Shown piece by piece: positions 40,176 through 49,275 of a stretch of 64,000 bases of DNA. The notes under the pieces were generated by a model. The model saw nothing but the letters and a program-made list of their open reading frames with translations, did not search any database and was not told the origin of the DNA. The position numbers and the translations under genes are program-made. Position 1 is the first letter of the stretch; every line of letters starts with the position of its first letter. Source of the stretch: an uncultured Spirochaetota bacterium (GTDB taxonomy: Bacteria; Spirochaetota; Spirochaetia; SZUA-6; Fen-1364); the NCBI GenBank assembly GCA_963820525.1, contig CAWGAA010000001.1:2432001-2496000 (forward strand), read 5' to 3'.

Positions 40176-40548
40176 CCTTCACGGCTCCCGGAACGAGGAA
40201 CGTCAGGGTGGGCAGGCTCGTCACCTGCCAGGTGATGTCCTTGTTGTGACGGATCCTGATCAGGTATTTCTTGTCGTCACTGAGATCCGCCAGCTTCATG
40301 ATCCATTTCGCGATTGCCTTGATCCCCGAAGAGTTGAGGAAGGTGAGCTGCATGAAGTCCAGGTCCACCTGTTTTATCCCCTTCGACACGCAGCCGCCGT
40401 GGATCTTGTCAAAGAGCGGATCCAGGATCTCCCCCGGGTCCTGCATGTCGACGTCTCCGACGAAAGCGACGCCGATCCCCGCCGGTGTGTCGGTGACTTC
40501 GATGGAGATCCGCGACTGCTTGACGGGATCGATGGCGAGCTTGTTCAT
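40168..40548 (-). CDS. STAS-like phospho-acceptor (slr1659/SiaC-like anti-anti-sigma type)
   Basis: LDFMQLTFLNSSGIKAIAKWI and ITWQVTSLPTL; SD GAGGAGG. Confidence 0.8.
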   Translation of the reverse strand: MNKLAIDPVKQSRISIEVTDTPAGIGVAFVGDVDMQDPGEILDPLFDKIHGGCVSKGIKQVDLDFMQLTFLNSSGIKAIAKWIMKLADLSDDKKYLIRIRHNKDITWQVTSLPTLTFLVPGAVKVE

Positions 40549-40557
40549 ATCTCCTCC

Positions 40558-41043
40558 TCACGCGCGCTTGGATTCGAGGCTGACCGTCACCGAATCCCCG
40601 TGGACCTTCACATCCATGTCGAGGCCCGTCTCGTAGCGGATCCTGGCAAGCCCCAGCTGGCTCTTGCCGTCCTTCCTCACGGCTGCCTCCCTCATCTGGC
40701 TCATGTATGCCTCAAGAGGATCGCCTTTCATGATCTTCTGGAAGAGAGACTTCAGGGTCTCGACTGCCTCGGTCGAGGCCTGGTTTGAAACGGAGATGCT
40801 GATATTCTCCGCGGTCGTGAGAACGCTGACCGCGATCTTGATGTCGTCCCCGGCGGCGTACTTCACGGCGTTCTCGAGAAGCTCGCTGGCGGCCATCGCG
40901 ATGTTGTCGGCCCGCGTCGTGTCTTGAAGGCTCACCGCCATGAAGCTCTGGATGAAGCTGCGAACGACCGCGATGTACTTCCATCTCGGACCGAAGGAGA
41001 GCTCGATGTACCCGTCCGGTTTCTGGCCTGAGTCTTTTGCCAT
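40558..41043 (-). CDS. HATPase-fold Ser/Thr kinase (RsbW/slr1658/SiaB-like)
   Basis: N-box ASELLENAVKYA; G2-like KSQLGLARI; start MAKDSG after GGAG. Confidence 0.8.
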   Translation of the reverse strand: MAKDSGQKPDGYIELSFGPRWKYIAVVRSFIQSFMAVSLQDTTRADNIAMAASELLENAVKYAAGDDIKIAVSVLTTAENISISVSNQASTEAVETLKSLFQKIMKGDPLEAYMSQMREAAVRKDGKSQLGLARIRYETGLDMDVKVHGDSVTVSLESKRA

Positions 41044-41262
41044 GGCATCTCCCTTCCCTTGGAGAATAGAGCCGAACCAAAGGGAAATCAAGCCGGCGCG
41101 AGTATTGCCGAACGTACGTGAAGGCTTTATATGAGAGTCCCGCCTCGTGAGTATCGCGATTCCCGGCCGATTCCGCAAGTCGGCTGCGGCGGATTCGCTC
41201 GCGGGGCATTCAAGAAGGACTCTCCCTTTACAGCGGGGTAGGGCCTCCGCTACAGTTCGGCC

Positions 41263-42810
41263 ATGAGAACGATGGCGCCCCTGCCTCCTCTCACCAAAGC
41301 CTCTCTCTGGGCCGCGGGGATCGCCGCGGCCGCCGCGGCGATCTGGTTGACAAGCCTTCACAGCTACCTCCTGTTTCACAGCATCTCGGAAATGTTCTCA
41401 ATCGCGATCGCGGCGTGCGTGTTCATGATCTCCTGGAACTCGCGCGATTACCCCGAAGCCCGCCCGTTCGTGATCCTGGGCATCGGATACCTGTTCGTGG
41501 CCGGAATCGACATGATGCACACCCTTTCCTATGAAGGGATGAACGTGCTCACGGAGGTACGAGACTATCCCACCAAGCTGTGGGTAGCCGCCCGGGCTCT
41601 CCAGGCGCTGACGACGCTGGCATTCGCCGTCCTCATGCGCCTGAGAAAGACCGCCCCGCATTCACTCGCCTTTGCGGTCGGCGCCGCGGCCACCGCCTTC
41701 CTGTTTCTGTCCATCTTCCAGTGGAACATCTTTCCCCTCTGCTTCGTGGAGGGCCAGGGAGTCACGGCGTTCAAGAAAGGGAGCGAGTACGCGATTTCCG
41801 CTGTCCTGGCAGCCTGCATCTTCCTTGTGGCAGGAGAGCGGCTGGCGGTGAGCCGGCGGGTGCAGAGCCTTCTCATCTCCGCGTTCGCCCTGAACATCGC
41901 AAGCGAGCTTGCCTTCACCCTCTATACCAGCGCCTACGGGACAGAGAACCTCATCGGACACTTCTTGAAGATCCTCTCATTCCTCTGCACCTACCAGGCC
42001 CTCATCGCCACGGAGGTGCGCAAGCGCATCGCGATGATCGAGGAGTTGGAGAAGGCCAAGGCGGCGCTCGAGAGAAACGAGGGGGAGCTTCGAAAGGCGA
42101 ACATCGCCAAGGACAAGTTTTTCTCGATAATCGCACACGACCTTCGAAATCCCATCGCCGGCGTCCTTACCGTTTCGGAGCTCATCACGCGCAGCTTCGA
42201 CAAGCTGGAGGAGAGAAAGATCAAAGAGCTCTGCGGCCTGATTCTCGAGGGTACCCGCCAGGCAATGGAGCTCCTGGAGAGCATCCTCCAGTGGGCCCGC
42301 ACCCAGACCGGGAGGATCGAATACCGGCCCCGGCCGGTCGGGCTTTTGGAGATCTCCCGAAGCACGGTGGACCTCCTTCACCCCATGGCGGAGCACAAGG
42401 AGATCGAGATCACGCTTCGAGTGGATCGCGAGGCGTGCGCGTATGCGGACGAGAACATGCTTTCCACGGTGCTGCGGAACATCCTTTCCAACGCCATCAA
42501 GTTCACACCGCGGGGAGGCACGGTGGTTCTCTCGGCCCGGGAGAGAGACGAATGCATCGAGCTTTCCCTTTCCGACACGGGCATCGGGATGCGGCCGGAA
42601 GAGCTTGAAAAGCTCTTCCGAATCGACACCCATTTCTCCTCCAAGGGCACGGAAGACGAGCGGGGAAACGGGATGGGCCTTGCGATCTGCAAGGAGTTCG
42701 TGGAGCTGAACCGGGGAACGATCTCGGTGCGAAGCACTCCCGGCGAGGGAAGCGTTTTTACCGTTTGTCTTCCCAAGCGCGGCCCGGCGGGCGCGGTCCC
42801 GAACAACTGA
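41263..42810 (+). CDS. MASE3-domain sensor histidine kinase
   Basis: YLLFHSISEMFSI, DMMHTLSYEGM, LWVAAR (MASE3); KFFSIIAHDLRNP, NAIKFT, GNGMGL. Confidence 0.9.
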   Translation: MRTMAPLPPLTKASLWAAGIAAAAAAIWLTSLHSYLLFHSISEMFSIAIAACVFMISWNSRDYPEARPFVILGIGYLFVAGIDMMHTLSYEGMNVLTEVRDYPTKLWVAARALQALTTLAFAVLMRLRKTAPHSLAFAVGAAATAFLFLSIFQWNIFPLCFVEGQGVTAFKKGSEYAISAVLAACIFLVAGERLAVSRRVQSLLISAFALNIASELAFTLYTSAYGTENLIGHFLKILSFLCTYQALIATEVRKRIAMIEELEKAKAALERNEGELRKANIAKDKFFSIIAHDLRNPIAGVLTVSELITRSFDKLEERKIKELCGLILEGTRQAMELLESILQWARTQTGRIEYRPRPVGLLEISRSTVDLLHPMAEHKEIEITLRVDREACAYADENMLSTVLRNILSNAIKFTPRGGTVVLSARERDECIELSLSDTGIGMRPEELEKLFRIDTHFSSKGTEDERGNGMGLAICKEFVELNRGTISVRSTPGEGSVFTVCLPKRGPAGAVPNN

Positions 42811-42894
42811 AAAAGGCCGCGGGGCTGACACGCGGCGGGGAACAATGTAAATGTGCGCTGAGGACAGGCCACGGCCTGGCCATCTAAGGAGGGG

Positions 42895-43305
42895 ATGACT
42901 CTCATGAAGATTCCGGAGAAAGTGAAAAAGTTTCTCACCGGAAAAGTCGGATGGGTCGGAACGGCTTCCCGAGACGGGATGCCGAACATCGCCATTAAAG
43001 GGTCCCTCCAGCTGCTCGACGATGAGCATCTGCTCTTCGCGGACCTCTTCTCCCTGAAGACAAGAAAGAACCTCGAAGAGAACCCGAAAATAGCCGTAAT
43101 GGTGACGGACATGGACACCCATGCCGGTTACATCTTCAAGGGTTCGGCGGAGCTGATCTCCGAAGGGCCGCTCTTTACGCGAATCGCCGAGGAGCTCCGC
43201 AAATCTCCCAAGAAGCTTCCCGAGCCCAAGTATGTCGTGAAGATCGCGGTCGAAAGGATCTTTGACCAGTCCCTCGGCCCGAACGCCGGCGGGGAGCTGC
43301 AGTAG
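42895..43305 (+). CDS. Pyridoxamine 5'-phosphate oxidase-family FMN-binding protein
   Basis: VGTASRDGMPNI, KTRKNLEENPKIAV, GYIFKG; SD TAAGGAGG. Confidence 0.85.
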   Translation: MTLMKIPEKVKKFLTGKVGWVGTASRDGMPNIAIKGSLQLLDDEHLLFADLFSLKTRKNLEENPKIAVMVTDMDTHAGYIFKGSAELISEGPLFTRIAEELRKSPKKLPEPKYVVKIAVERIFDQSLGPNAGGELQ

Positions 43306-43329
43306 CGCGGCTCTCCGCAAGCGCGGCCC

Positions 43330-44583
43330 CTATTCGGCCGCCGCCAGCAGAGCCAAGACATTCTCGACGGGCACGCCGGCCTGGATGTTGTGCACGTTGG
43401 CAAGAACATACCCTCCGCCTTCGGCGAAAATGCGGCTGTTGCGCGTCGCTTCCCTCTGAACCTCGTCGGCAGAGGCGAAGGGGAGAGTGTGCTGGGCATC
43501 GATGGAGCCGCCCCAAAAGACGAAGTCGCTTCCGTAGTCTTTCTTCAGCAGCTGCGGCGACATGCCGGCGGCGGAAATCTGCACCGGGTTCAAGATATCC
43601 ACCCCCGCTTCCCGCATGTCGCCCAGGAGCGGCGCGATGGAGCCGCAGGTATGGTAGAAGGTCTTCCAGGGGGTGTTCCGGTGGACCCACTCGTTCATCT
43701 CCTTGTGAAGCGGTTTGAACATCTCCTTGTAGGACCGCGGGGAGATGAAGGGCCCGTTCTGTGAGCCGAAATCCGTGCCGCTCATGACGATGACGTCGAT
43801 TCTGTCCCCCACCGCCTGGCGGTACATCGCCAGGTTCTTCATCTGAAGCTCGAGCTGGCAGTGGAAGATGTCGGTGATGTAGCTCGTGCGCGTGAGAAGG
43901 GAGACATACCATTCCTCCGGGTCCCGCACTCCCTTGGGCCTGGGGATGTGCGGTCCGGGCACGATTGCGATATCGCCGAAGCCCGCGCCCCAGAAGTTGC
44001 CCAGCAGGGAGTAGTCGGAGTTCTCGAACCACCAAGTGGAGCTTTCCTCCAGAAAGCGCAGCTCTTCGGCCGTGTAGAGGGAATAGGTCTGGTTCACCCA
44101 CTCCTTGGCGTCGAGCTTCTCCTCTTGGATCGGCTCCTGGCGGACGATGGTATCGAAGTAGTAGCCGCCCTTCGGCATCCTCCCCGAAGGGGGAGCGGAA
44201 CGATCTCCCCGGGGATACTGGACGATATCTCCATTGGCCTGCACATCGAGCGCCGAGCGGCCCGAGATGAAGGCCTCCGTCCCGTCGAACATCCGGAAAG
44301 GCTTCCACGCTTCGTTTTTGTATCCGAATATCGTCGTGGGGAGCTGGATCCCGTAGGTATCGACGCCCAGGCTCCTTCGAACCGCCTCCTCGACCTCGGC
44401 CAGCATCTGGAACGGGTCCCAGATCCGGATGTCGCCCCCAACGATTCCGAGGGCCTTTTTCAGACGCGCGTAGGTGCTTGCGTGGATACCGGTGACGAGG
44501 GTGCTTCCCAGATCCAGAGGAATCCGATCCGGCTTTTCGTGATTGATTGCCGCGCGCACCCTTTCCCGCGAGGTCATCGGCAT
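43330..44583 (-). CDS. Uroporphyrinogen decarboxylase/MtaA-CmuA-family protein
   Basis: MTSRERV...PDRIP, DFGSQNGPFISP, FYHTCGS, NPVQ, FWGGSIDAQ, HNIQAGVPVEN. Confidence 0.85.
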   Translation of the reverse strand: MPMTSRERVRAAINHEKPDRIPLDLGSTLVTGIHASTYARLKKALGIVGGDIRIWDPFQMLAEVEEAVRRSLGVDTYGIQLPTTIFGYKNEAWKPFRMFDGTEAFISGRSALDVQANGDIVQYPRGDRSAPPSGRMPKGGYYFDTIVRQEPIQEEKLDAKEWVNQTYSLYTAEELRFLEESSTWWFENSDYSLLGNFWGAGFGDIAIVPGPHIPRPKGVRDPEEWYVSLLTRTSYITDIFHCQLELQMKNLAMYRQAVGDRIDVIVMSGTDFGSQNGPFISPRSYKEMFKPLHKEMNEWVHRNTPWKTFYHTCGSIAPLLGDMREAGVDILNPVQISAAGMSPQLLKKDYGSDFVFWGGSIDAQHTLPFASADEVQREATRNSRIFAEGGGYVLANVHNIQAGVPVENVLALLAAAE

Positions 44584-44621
44584 GCTCCCGGGCGTTGTCT
44601 CCTCCCGCGCGTCGCGATAGA

Positions 44622-44648
44622 GCGCTCCCGCCGAAGCGGCGGGAGCGC
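44622..44648 (-). other. Perfect 12-bp stem-loop downstream of the sugar SBP gene
   Basis: GCGCTCCCGCCG-AAG-CGGCGGGAGCGC; no U-tract, so more likely a stabiliser than an intrinsic terminator. Confidence 0.6.
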
Positions 44649-44661
44649 ATTCACGATTATA

Positions 44662-45660
44662 CTACCGGATCCCTTTTTCGATAAGAGGCTTTATTTCGGC
44701 GATGTTCTGGGGGGTCACCGTGCCGACTCCGGTGTTCACATGCAGGCCGGGAATCTTGTAGAGCTTGGTCATCACGATCTGGCTCACCGGGACGTATCCC
44801 TGGAGGTAGAGCACCTGATCGAAGCTCGCGCTGATGTAGCCCTTCTCGATCCCGTCGATGGTGGCGGGAGAGAGGTCGATACCGCCAACAGCCACGTCTC
44901 CGGGCTTCTTGCCCGCCGCCTGAAGGACCTTCGGCAGGGTGGCCGTGATGTTGCCGTGCTGCGTGCCGATCGCCTTCAGATCGGGGTTTCTCTGGATGTA
45001 TGCGGTGAGGATGGGGATCGCGAGGGACGCTTCGGTGTCCACTTCGTTGGACACGTCGAGTTTCTCAACCTGGAGGCCGGCCGCAACCAAGGCGTCATAA
45101 ACGCCCTGCGCGCTCTTGCTCCTGCCTTCCTGGTGCCAGATGTCGTACACGAGAGCCTTGTCGCCGGCCTTGAGTCCTGACTTGACCATCGCCTGGCCCG
45201 TGAGATATCCGCCGCCGTACAGATCCGCTCCGGCGTACCCGAAGCCCTTGTCCTGGTACTTCGCCTCGATGTTGGGAAGCGGATTGTTGCCGCTCGTGAC
45301 GATGATGCCCAGCTTCTCTGCCTGGTCCACCAGTGAGGCGAAAGCGGCTTCTCCGGGATGTCCCATGATGACGATCCCGTCCGGATTGGCGGCGAAAGCC
45401 TGCTTGAACTGGTCAATCATCTTCTGGGGATCCCAGCCCGAGTACTGCTCGATGAGCTTTACGCCATTGGCGGCCGCGGCTGCCTTGGCGCCATTGGTCC
45501 TGGCCAGCGTGGAGGGGTCTCCCTGCGTGCCGCCCATCTGCATGTAGATCGTGATCTGCTTGCCTCCGGCTGCCTCCTTCTGGCCGGCCGCGGATACGCC
45601 GCTTACCACCAGGATGCCCAGGACCGCGATCGCGATCAGACACTTTGCAAACTTGCCCAT
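44662..45660 (-). CDS. Monosaccharide ABC transporter substrate-binding protein (RbsB-like)
   Basis: Signal peptide ending SAAGQKE; PDGIVI, GGIDLS, DQVLYLQGY. Confidence 0.88.
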   Translation of the reverse strand: MGKFAKCLIAIAVLGILVVSGVSAAGQKEAAGGKQITIYMQMGGTQGDPSTLARTNGAKAAAAANGVKLIEQYSGWDPQKMIDQFKQAFAANPDGIVIMGHPGEAAFASLVDQAEKLGIIVTSGNNPLPNIEAKYQDKGFGYAGADLYGGGYLTGQAMVKSGLKAGDKALVYDIWHQEGRSKSAQGVYDALVAAGLQVEKLDVSNEVDTEASLAIPILTAYIQRNPDLKAIGTQHGNITATLPKVLQAAGKKPGDVAVGGIDLSPATIDGIEKGYISASFDQVLYLQGYVPVSQIVMTKLYKIPGLHVNTGVGTVTPQNIAEIKPLIEKGIR

Positions 45661-45706
45661 TGTATCCTCCCTTTCAAAGGTTTCTCCTGCGCCAACGGCG
45701 CTTTTT

Positions 45707-46738
45707 TCATGAGCTGTTTTCCTTTCGCGAGGGCACGGCCCAGCGGCCGAGCCTCCGGGCGAACCTCGCGATCCCCCCTTTTTCGATGACGATGTTGAGC
45801 ACGACGGAGGCGGCCATCACCATGCCTTCCACGAGCTGGACCCAGTAGCCGCTGATCCCCGTGGCCACCACCCCCGCCTCAAGCGAGCCGATGATATAGG
45901 AGCCGAAAAACGTGCCCACCAGGGACCCGTAGCCGCCGGCGATGGAGGTCCCGCCGATGAAGACCGCCGCCATCACCGGAAGGAGGAAGCCCTGGCCCTG
46001 CGTGGGGAAAAAGACGTTGATCTCCAGGGTGAGCAGAAGAGCCGCGAAGGCGGCGATCACGCCGTTCATCGTGAAGAGCTTGATCCGCGTCGCCTCCACA
46101 TTGATTCCCATGACCCGGGCGACGTCGGGATTGTCGCCGATGAACATGATGGCCTCGCCGAAGGTGTGGCGGTTGAGGATGAACCACAGAAAGACCGCGA
46201 GCGCGAGCGCCCAGAGCGCCTGCACGGGGAACACCCCGAAAAGCCGGCCCACGAGAATCGAATGCACGGGGTGGCCGACCACCTCCCTGAGGTTCAGCTG
46301 AAGACCTCCCGCAAGGAGCACCGTTACCCCGTACCAGAAGAACTGCGCGGCAAGGGTCGCCATGATGGAAGGCACACCGATACGGGCCACCATGAGACCG
46401 TTGATGTAGCCCACCAGGGCGCCGGATCCGAGGGCGAGGACGACGCCGAGCAGGGGGGAGTTGAAAGTCTTGAAGCACCAGGCGAAAACGAAGCCGGCAA
46501 ACGCGACGATTGCGGGGAAGCTCAGGTCGATCTCCCCCGCCGTGATGATGAAGGTGAGCCCGAGGGCGAGGACGACCTGCGGGGGCACGGTCTGGAAGAA
46601 GGACATGTAGATCCTGTAGCCGGTGAATACCTGAGGCGAGGTGGCCATGAATACGAGGTACAGGACGGCGAGAACCGTCGCGATGGGCAGGCCCTCGATT
46701 CTTCCCAGAACGCCGAAGGGGGACCTTTGCCGCATCAT
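45707..46738 (-). CDS. Monosaccharide ABC transporter permease (RbsC-like)
   Basis: GEIDLS, VPSIMATL, IGDNPDVARVMGI, AAVFIGGTSIAGGYG. Confidence 0.92.
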   Translation of the reverse strand: MMRQRSPFGVLGRIEGLPIATVLAVLYLVFMATSPQVFTGYRIYMSFFQTVPPQVVLALGLTFIITAGEIDLSFPAIVAFAGFVFAWCFKTFNSPLLGVVLALGSGALVGYINGLMVARIGVPSIMATLAAQFFWYGVTVLLAGGLQLNLREVVGHPVHSILVGRLFGVFPVQALWALALAVFLWFILNRHTFGEAIMFIGDNPDVARVMGINVEATRIKLFTMNGVIAAFAALLLTLEINVFFPTQGQGFLLPVMAAVFIGGTSIAGGYGSLVGTFFGSYIIGSLEAGVVATGISGYWVQLVEGMVMAASVVLNIVIEKGGIARFARRLGRWAVPSRKENSS

Positions 46739-47556
46739 GAGCGCTCCTTGAAGCTCGCGTTACCGCTCGCTGGATGTTCCTTGTCTTTCATGCCGTGCGC
46801 GTACTCCAGCAGGAACTCATCCAGCGCCTTCAGCGAGATGTCCTTCTTCAAGATGCTCGCCACGATCTCGCCCCGGTCCATGACGATGAAGCGGTCCGAT
46901 ATCTCATAGACGTCCTGGATGTCGTGGGATATGTAGATGGAGGCCTTGCCCCCCTCCTTGATTTTGTGCACGAAGTTCAGGACCTTTCGCACCTCTTTCA
47001 AAGAGAGGGCCGCTGTGGGCTCGTCGAGGATGATGAGATCCGCCTCGAAGTGCATCGCCCTGCCGATGGCCACCCCCTGCCGTTCTCCGCCGGAGAGCTT
47101 GCTCACCTTGGATTCCACCGTAATGCCCTTGCCGCGGAATCCGATCGTGCTGATCATGATGTCGTTCGCTATCTCCTTCTGCTTCTTCACGTTGATGAAA
47201 CCGAAGGGGTAGGTGATCTCGCGTCCAATGAAGAAATTGCGCCAGAGGGCCTGCTTCTCTCCCAGAGACTTGTCCTGATAGACGGTCTCGATTCCGTACT
47301 CGTGGGCTCTCTTCACGGTATATGCGTGCAAATCCACTTTGCGGCCCGCCACGAAAAGATCTCCTACCGATGGAGGGAAGACGCCGGTGAGGATTTTGAC
47401 CAAGGTCGATTTCCCCGCTCCGTTGTCGCCGATGAGCCCGACGATCTCGTTTCTCCCGACGTCGAGGTTGATCTTTTTCAAAGCGCAGACAAGGCCGAAA
47501 TACTTTTCAATATCAACAAGACGCAATGCGGAGTTTGCCTCGGGAATCCCTGGCAC
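46735..47556 (-). CDS. Monosaccharide ABC transporter ATP-binding protein (single NBD)
   Basis: GDNGAGKST, LSGGERQGVAI, ILDEPTAAL. Confidence 0.92.
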   Translation of the reverse strand: MPGIPEANSALRLVDIEKYFGLVCALKKINLDVGRNEIVGLIGDNGAGKSTLVKILTGVFPPSVGDLFVAGRKVDLHAYTVKRAHEYGIETVYQDKSLGEKQALWRNFFIGREITYPFGFINVKKQKEIANDIMISTIGFRGKGITVESKVSKLSGGERQGVAIGRAMHFEADLIILDEPTAALSLKEVRKVLNFVHKIKEGGKASIYISHDIQDVYEISDRFIVMDRGEIVASILKKDISLKALDEFLLEYAHGMKDKEHPASGNASFKERS

Positions 47557-47576
47557 GGCAGATCCTCCTTGATAGT

Positions 47577-47591
47577 GGTACAGCTTGTACC
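47577..47591. promoter_or_regulatory. Putative operator for the GntR/LacI hybrid regulator
   Basis: Palindrome GGTACA-gct-TGTACC; degenerate copy GATACA-aca-TATACC at 47694-47708. Confidence 0.55.
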
Positions 47592-47716
47592 TTTCAGTGG
47601 TAACCGATTATAGCATTGCAAAAATGGCAAATCAAGTGAAAAAAACGTGTCTTTTTGCATTTTATGTTTGTAAATAAGGAGAAACCATGATATGATACAA
47701 CATATACCTACAAGCT

Positions 47717-48802
47717 ATGAGGAAATATCAGCTCGTTGAATCGTGGGCAAAGAAGGCAATCTCGGACGGCAAGATCGCAGCGGGGGAAAAAATCCCTTCG
47801 GAGAGCCAGCTCTGCGCCCAATTCGGGGTGTCGCGGAACTCCGTCCGTCAGGCAATCCGCAATCTCATCCAGGAGGGATGGGTCTCCAGCATTCGCGGGG
47901 TGGGTACGTTTTGCCGTTCCCGTCTTCCTTCAACCCAGCTCACAACGAATATTGCCTTCGTGGCATTCTTCGCAAGCTCCTACATCTTTCCCGAGGTCAT
48001 CAGGGGATGCGATCACATCCTCTATACCAAGGGCTTCAACCTCATCTTGAACCAGTCCGAATACGACCTTGAAAAGGAGCGGAACATCCTCCTGGCCCTT
48101 CGAAAGAAAAGAGTGGACGGCATCATCATCGCCCCCGTGTATGACGGGAAAGACCGCTCCAACGCCAGCCTCCTGGAGGAGATTCAGGCCGAAGGCATCG
48201 CGATCGTCCTGTGCGACAGCACGTTCCTCGACAAGCGGTTCAGCTTCGTTGCCATGGACGACATCGCGGGCGGCGCGGCGGCGGCCTCGTACCTCTGGGA
48301 GAGGGGGCACAGGAAAATCGGGGTATTCTTCCAGGATGACTACCTCGTCAAGATCCGGAGGGCAGAGGGGGTTTGCGGGTTCCTCGAGCGGCAGGGAACG
48401 CCGGTCCGCTACGATTGGATCGTCAAGTTCAAGGGACAGGGCCCTTCCAGCGAAGCCTCATTCGCCGCGGAGCGCTTCCTGAAAAAGGCTCCCGATCTTC
48501 CCACGGCCGTCGTATGCTCAAGCGACGAGGACGCCCTTCAGCTCATCCAGGTGGCCGAGAAATACTCCATCCGCGTTCCCCAGGATCTCTCCGTGATCGG
48601 CTTCGACAACTCGAGCATCGCGGGGCTCCAGCGCGTCTCGCTCACCTCCGTGGACCATCCCAGCTTCTCCATGGGAGAGCTCATGACCAACATCCTGTTG
48701 GAGAGGATCTTCCACCCCGACCTGCGCTTCGTCACGCGAACGCTCATCACCCCTTCAATTGTGGAGCGGGCCTCGGTTCGCGCGCTCGAGGCCGGTTCAT
48801 AG
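47717..48802 (+). CDS. AraR-type regulator (GntR wHTH + LacI sugar-binding domain)
   Basis: IPSESQLCAQFGVSRNSVRQAI...GVGTF; VPQDLSVIGFDN, LTSVDHP. Confidence 0.9.
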   Translation: MRKYQLVESWAKKAISDGKIAAGEKIPSESQLCAQFGVSRNSVRQAIRNLIQEGWVSSIRGVGTFCRSRLPSTQLTTNIAFVAFFASSYIFPEVIRGCDHILYTKGFNLILNQSEYDLEKERNILLALRKKRVDGIIIAPVYDGKDRSNASLLEEIQAEGIAIVLCDSTFLDKRFSFVAMDDIAGGAAAASYLWERGHRKIGVFFQDDYLVKIRRAEGVCGFLERQGTPVRYDWIVKFKGQGPSSEASFAAERFLKKAPDLPTAVVCSSDEDALQLIQVAEKYSIRVPQDLSVIGFDNSSIAGLQRVSLTSVDHPSFSMGELMTNILLERIFHPDLRFVTRTLITPSIVERASVRALEAGS

Positions 48803-48839
48803 CGTCCTCCTCGTCCAGGCGCCGGGAGGGCGAAAGAGT

Positions 48840-49231
48840 TCACTTCTCGATGGGCACCCCCACCAGGTTTCCGTATTCGGTCAAGCTTCCATCGTGGTTC
48901 TCCGCCGTCTCTACTCCCAGGAGGTATTTCAGTACGAACCATGTATGGCTGGACCTCTCTCCGATACGGCAGTAGCTGACAACCGTTTTCTTCGGGTCGA
49001 TCCCGTTCGAGAGCCCTGCCCTCCCCAATCGCCCCCCGATCCTCCATGTCCTTTACCATCTGAAATGCGGCGCGGTCCTTGACGGAGCCGAAGGGATTCA
49101 GCCACTCGAGCTTCGCATAGAGCGTGAAATCCCTCTGGGTATTCAGCCGGTTGATTCGGACCATGGGACGGGTTTTCCTCGTTCGGGAGCATTTCCAGTA
49201 TGCTCTCGTAGACTCGAGCATCATGGTTCAT
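48840..49231 (-). pseudogene. Chimeric remnant: cysteine synthase N-terminus joined to rhodanese/sulfurtransferase C-terminus
   Basis: VYESILEML...|PMVRINRL...LYAKLEWLNPFGSVKDR, then in another frame [23 protein letters not shown]...[17 protein letters not shown]. Confidence 0.75.
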
Positions 49232-49275
49232 TGCTTCAATCTCACAAAGAAAGGTACTTTCGCGATGCCCCGCAG

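Noticed and set aside
43330..44583. hemE (true uroporphyrinogen decarboxylase)
   Set aside because: Lacks the RQAGR motif, has an HTCG motif, and lies in a sugar-transport context
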